IMG/VR virus record: IMGVR_UViG_3300049594_000068
Location: 1 to 31,626 of that record
Direction: 5' to 3' (one strand)
Origin: a virus
Lineage: Duplodnaviria; Caudoviricetes
DNA: 31,626 bases
This document shows, one piece after another, positions 31,148 through 31,626 of the stretch. The notes below the pieces were generated by a model. The model did not search any database and had not been told where the DNA came from. It saw only the letters and a list, made by a program, of their open reading frames with translations. A program made the translations under genes and the position numbers. How positions within the stretch are numbered: the first letter of the stretch is position 1; each line of letters opens with the position of its first letter.

Positions 31148-31626
31148 GGCTTATCTTTAAGCGTGTTTAACACCCTCTGAATAGCGTCCAGATATTGAGT
31201 GGCGATATTGCCCTTCTCTTTACGGACAGTCTGCCAAAAGAAATAACCTGAACGCCCACGATGACGCAAGAACTGTTTGGTTCTAGGCCTAGCCTGACCA
31301 CCAAACTCAGCACCAAAGAACACGTCTCCCCTGGTCACCTTGCGCTTGCGATTTCGGTTCGGGTTGGACTTAGAAACAAACGCAGATTTTTCACTCAACT
31401 TGATAGTAGGAATACGGTCACGCCTAGCTCGCATACCCTTCATCACCTCAGTCGCCTGACGAGAACGGGTGACAGTCGCAGCCTCAGCCTTAGCCTTCTC
31501 ATTCAGATTTTCAGCCACATTCTGTGCAGCTTTACGCATCTCAGTATTGAAACGCTCATCAGCCTTCGCAGCGTCACGAAGAAAACTTGCGATACCGACA
31601 ATCTCAATCGCATCGTTGCCACCGGT
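31144..31626 (-). CDS. HK97 gp10-like neck/tail-completion protein (3' part; starts at nt 44)
   Basis: Open to the window end. Basic protein with FFGAEFGG and GYFFWQTV motifs. Confidence 0.7.
   Translation of the reverse strand, partial: TGGNDAIEIVGIASFLRDAAKADERFNTEMRKAAQNVAENLNEKAKAEAATVTRSRQATEVMKGMRARRDRIPTIKLSEKSAFVSKSNPNRNRKRKVTRGDVFFGAEFGGQARPRTKQFLRHRGRSGYFFWQTVRKEKGNIATQYLDAIQRVLNTLKDKP
31619..31626. repeat. 8-nt terminal overlap with positions 1-8 (circular junction)
   Basis: ccaccggt at both ends. Merging them restores a reading frame. Confidence 0.8.

Noticed and set aside
749-31160. Numerous plus-strand ORFs in the ORF track
   Set aside because: All are antisense shadows of well-supported minus-strand genes, with no recognisable motifs or RBS context.
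31619-31626. Biological direct terminal repeat
   Set aside because: It is only 8 nt and falls mid-gene, so it is best read as an assembly overlap. Virion ends are more likely near 11.9-12.0 kb.

Overview
The window is an apparently complete, circularly assembled ~31.6 kb siphovirus-type phage genome. The last 8 nt (ccaccggt) repeat the first 8 nt, and one gene reads in frame across the junction. All credible genes lie on the minus strand. A WhiB gene and leaderless TANNNT-N6-ATG starts point to an actinobacterial host. In transcription order the modules are: (1) early/replication genes (strong sigma70-type promoter at ~20.85 kb, RHH regulator, secreted SLT-like transglycosylase, WhiB, resolvase, PD-(D/E)XK exonuclease, SSB-like protein, HTH, Prim-Pol/helicase); (2) packaging and head (HNH, P27-type TerS, TerL, HK97 portal, extended prohead protease, HK97 capsid); (3) three glycosyltransferases interrupted by an EndoVII-type homing endonuclease; (4) neck and tail (adaptor, terminator, major tail, -1 frameshifted chaperone, a stand-alone AEP primase-like moron, tape measure, tail tip, duplicated fibre genes); (5) a mucin-like membrane protein, the lysis cassette and a metallophosphoesterase. 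I found no integrase, tRNA or CRISPR array. The most unusual signals are structured RNA elements flanking the capsid gene with a recurrent CCUGCG/CGCAGG pairing motif, an overprinted gene at the start of the GT4 gene, a HiPIP-like 4-Cys domain and nested start in the prohead protease, the solo AEP in the tail operon, a fibre stub paralogue, and alternating G/T- versus A/C-rich blocks. All family assignments come from motif recognition by eye, not from database searches.
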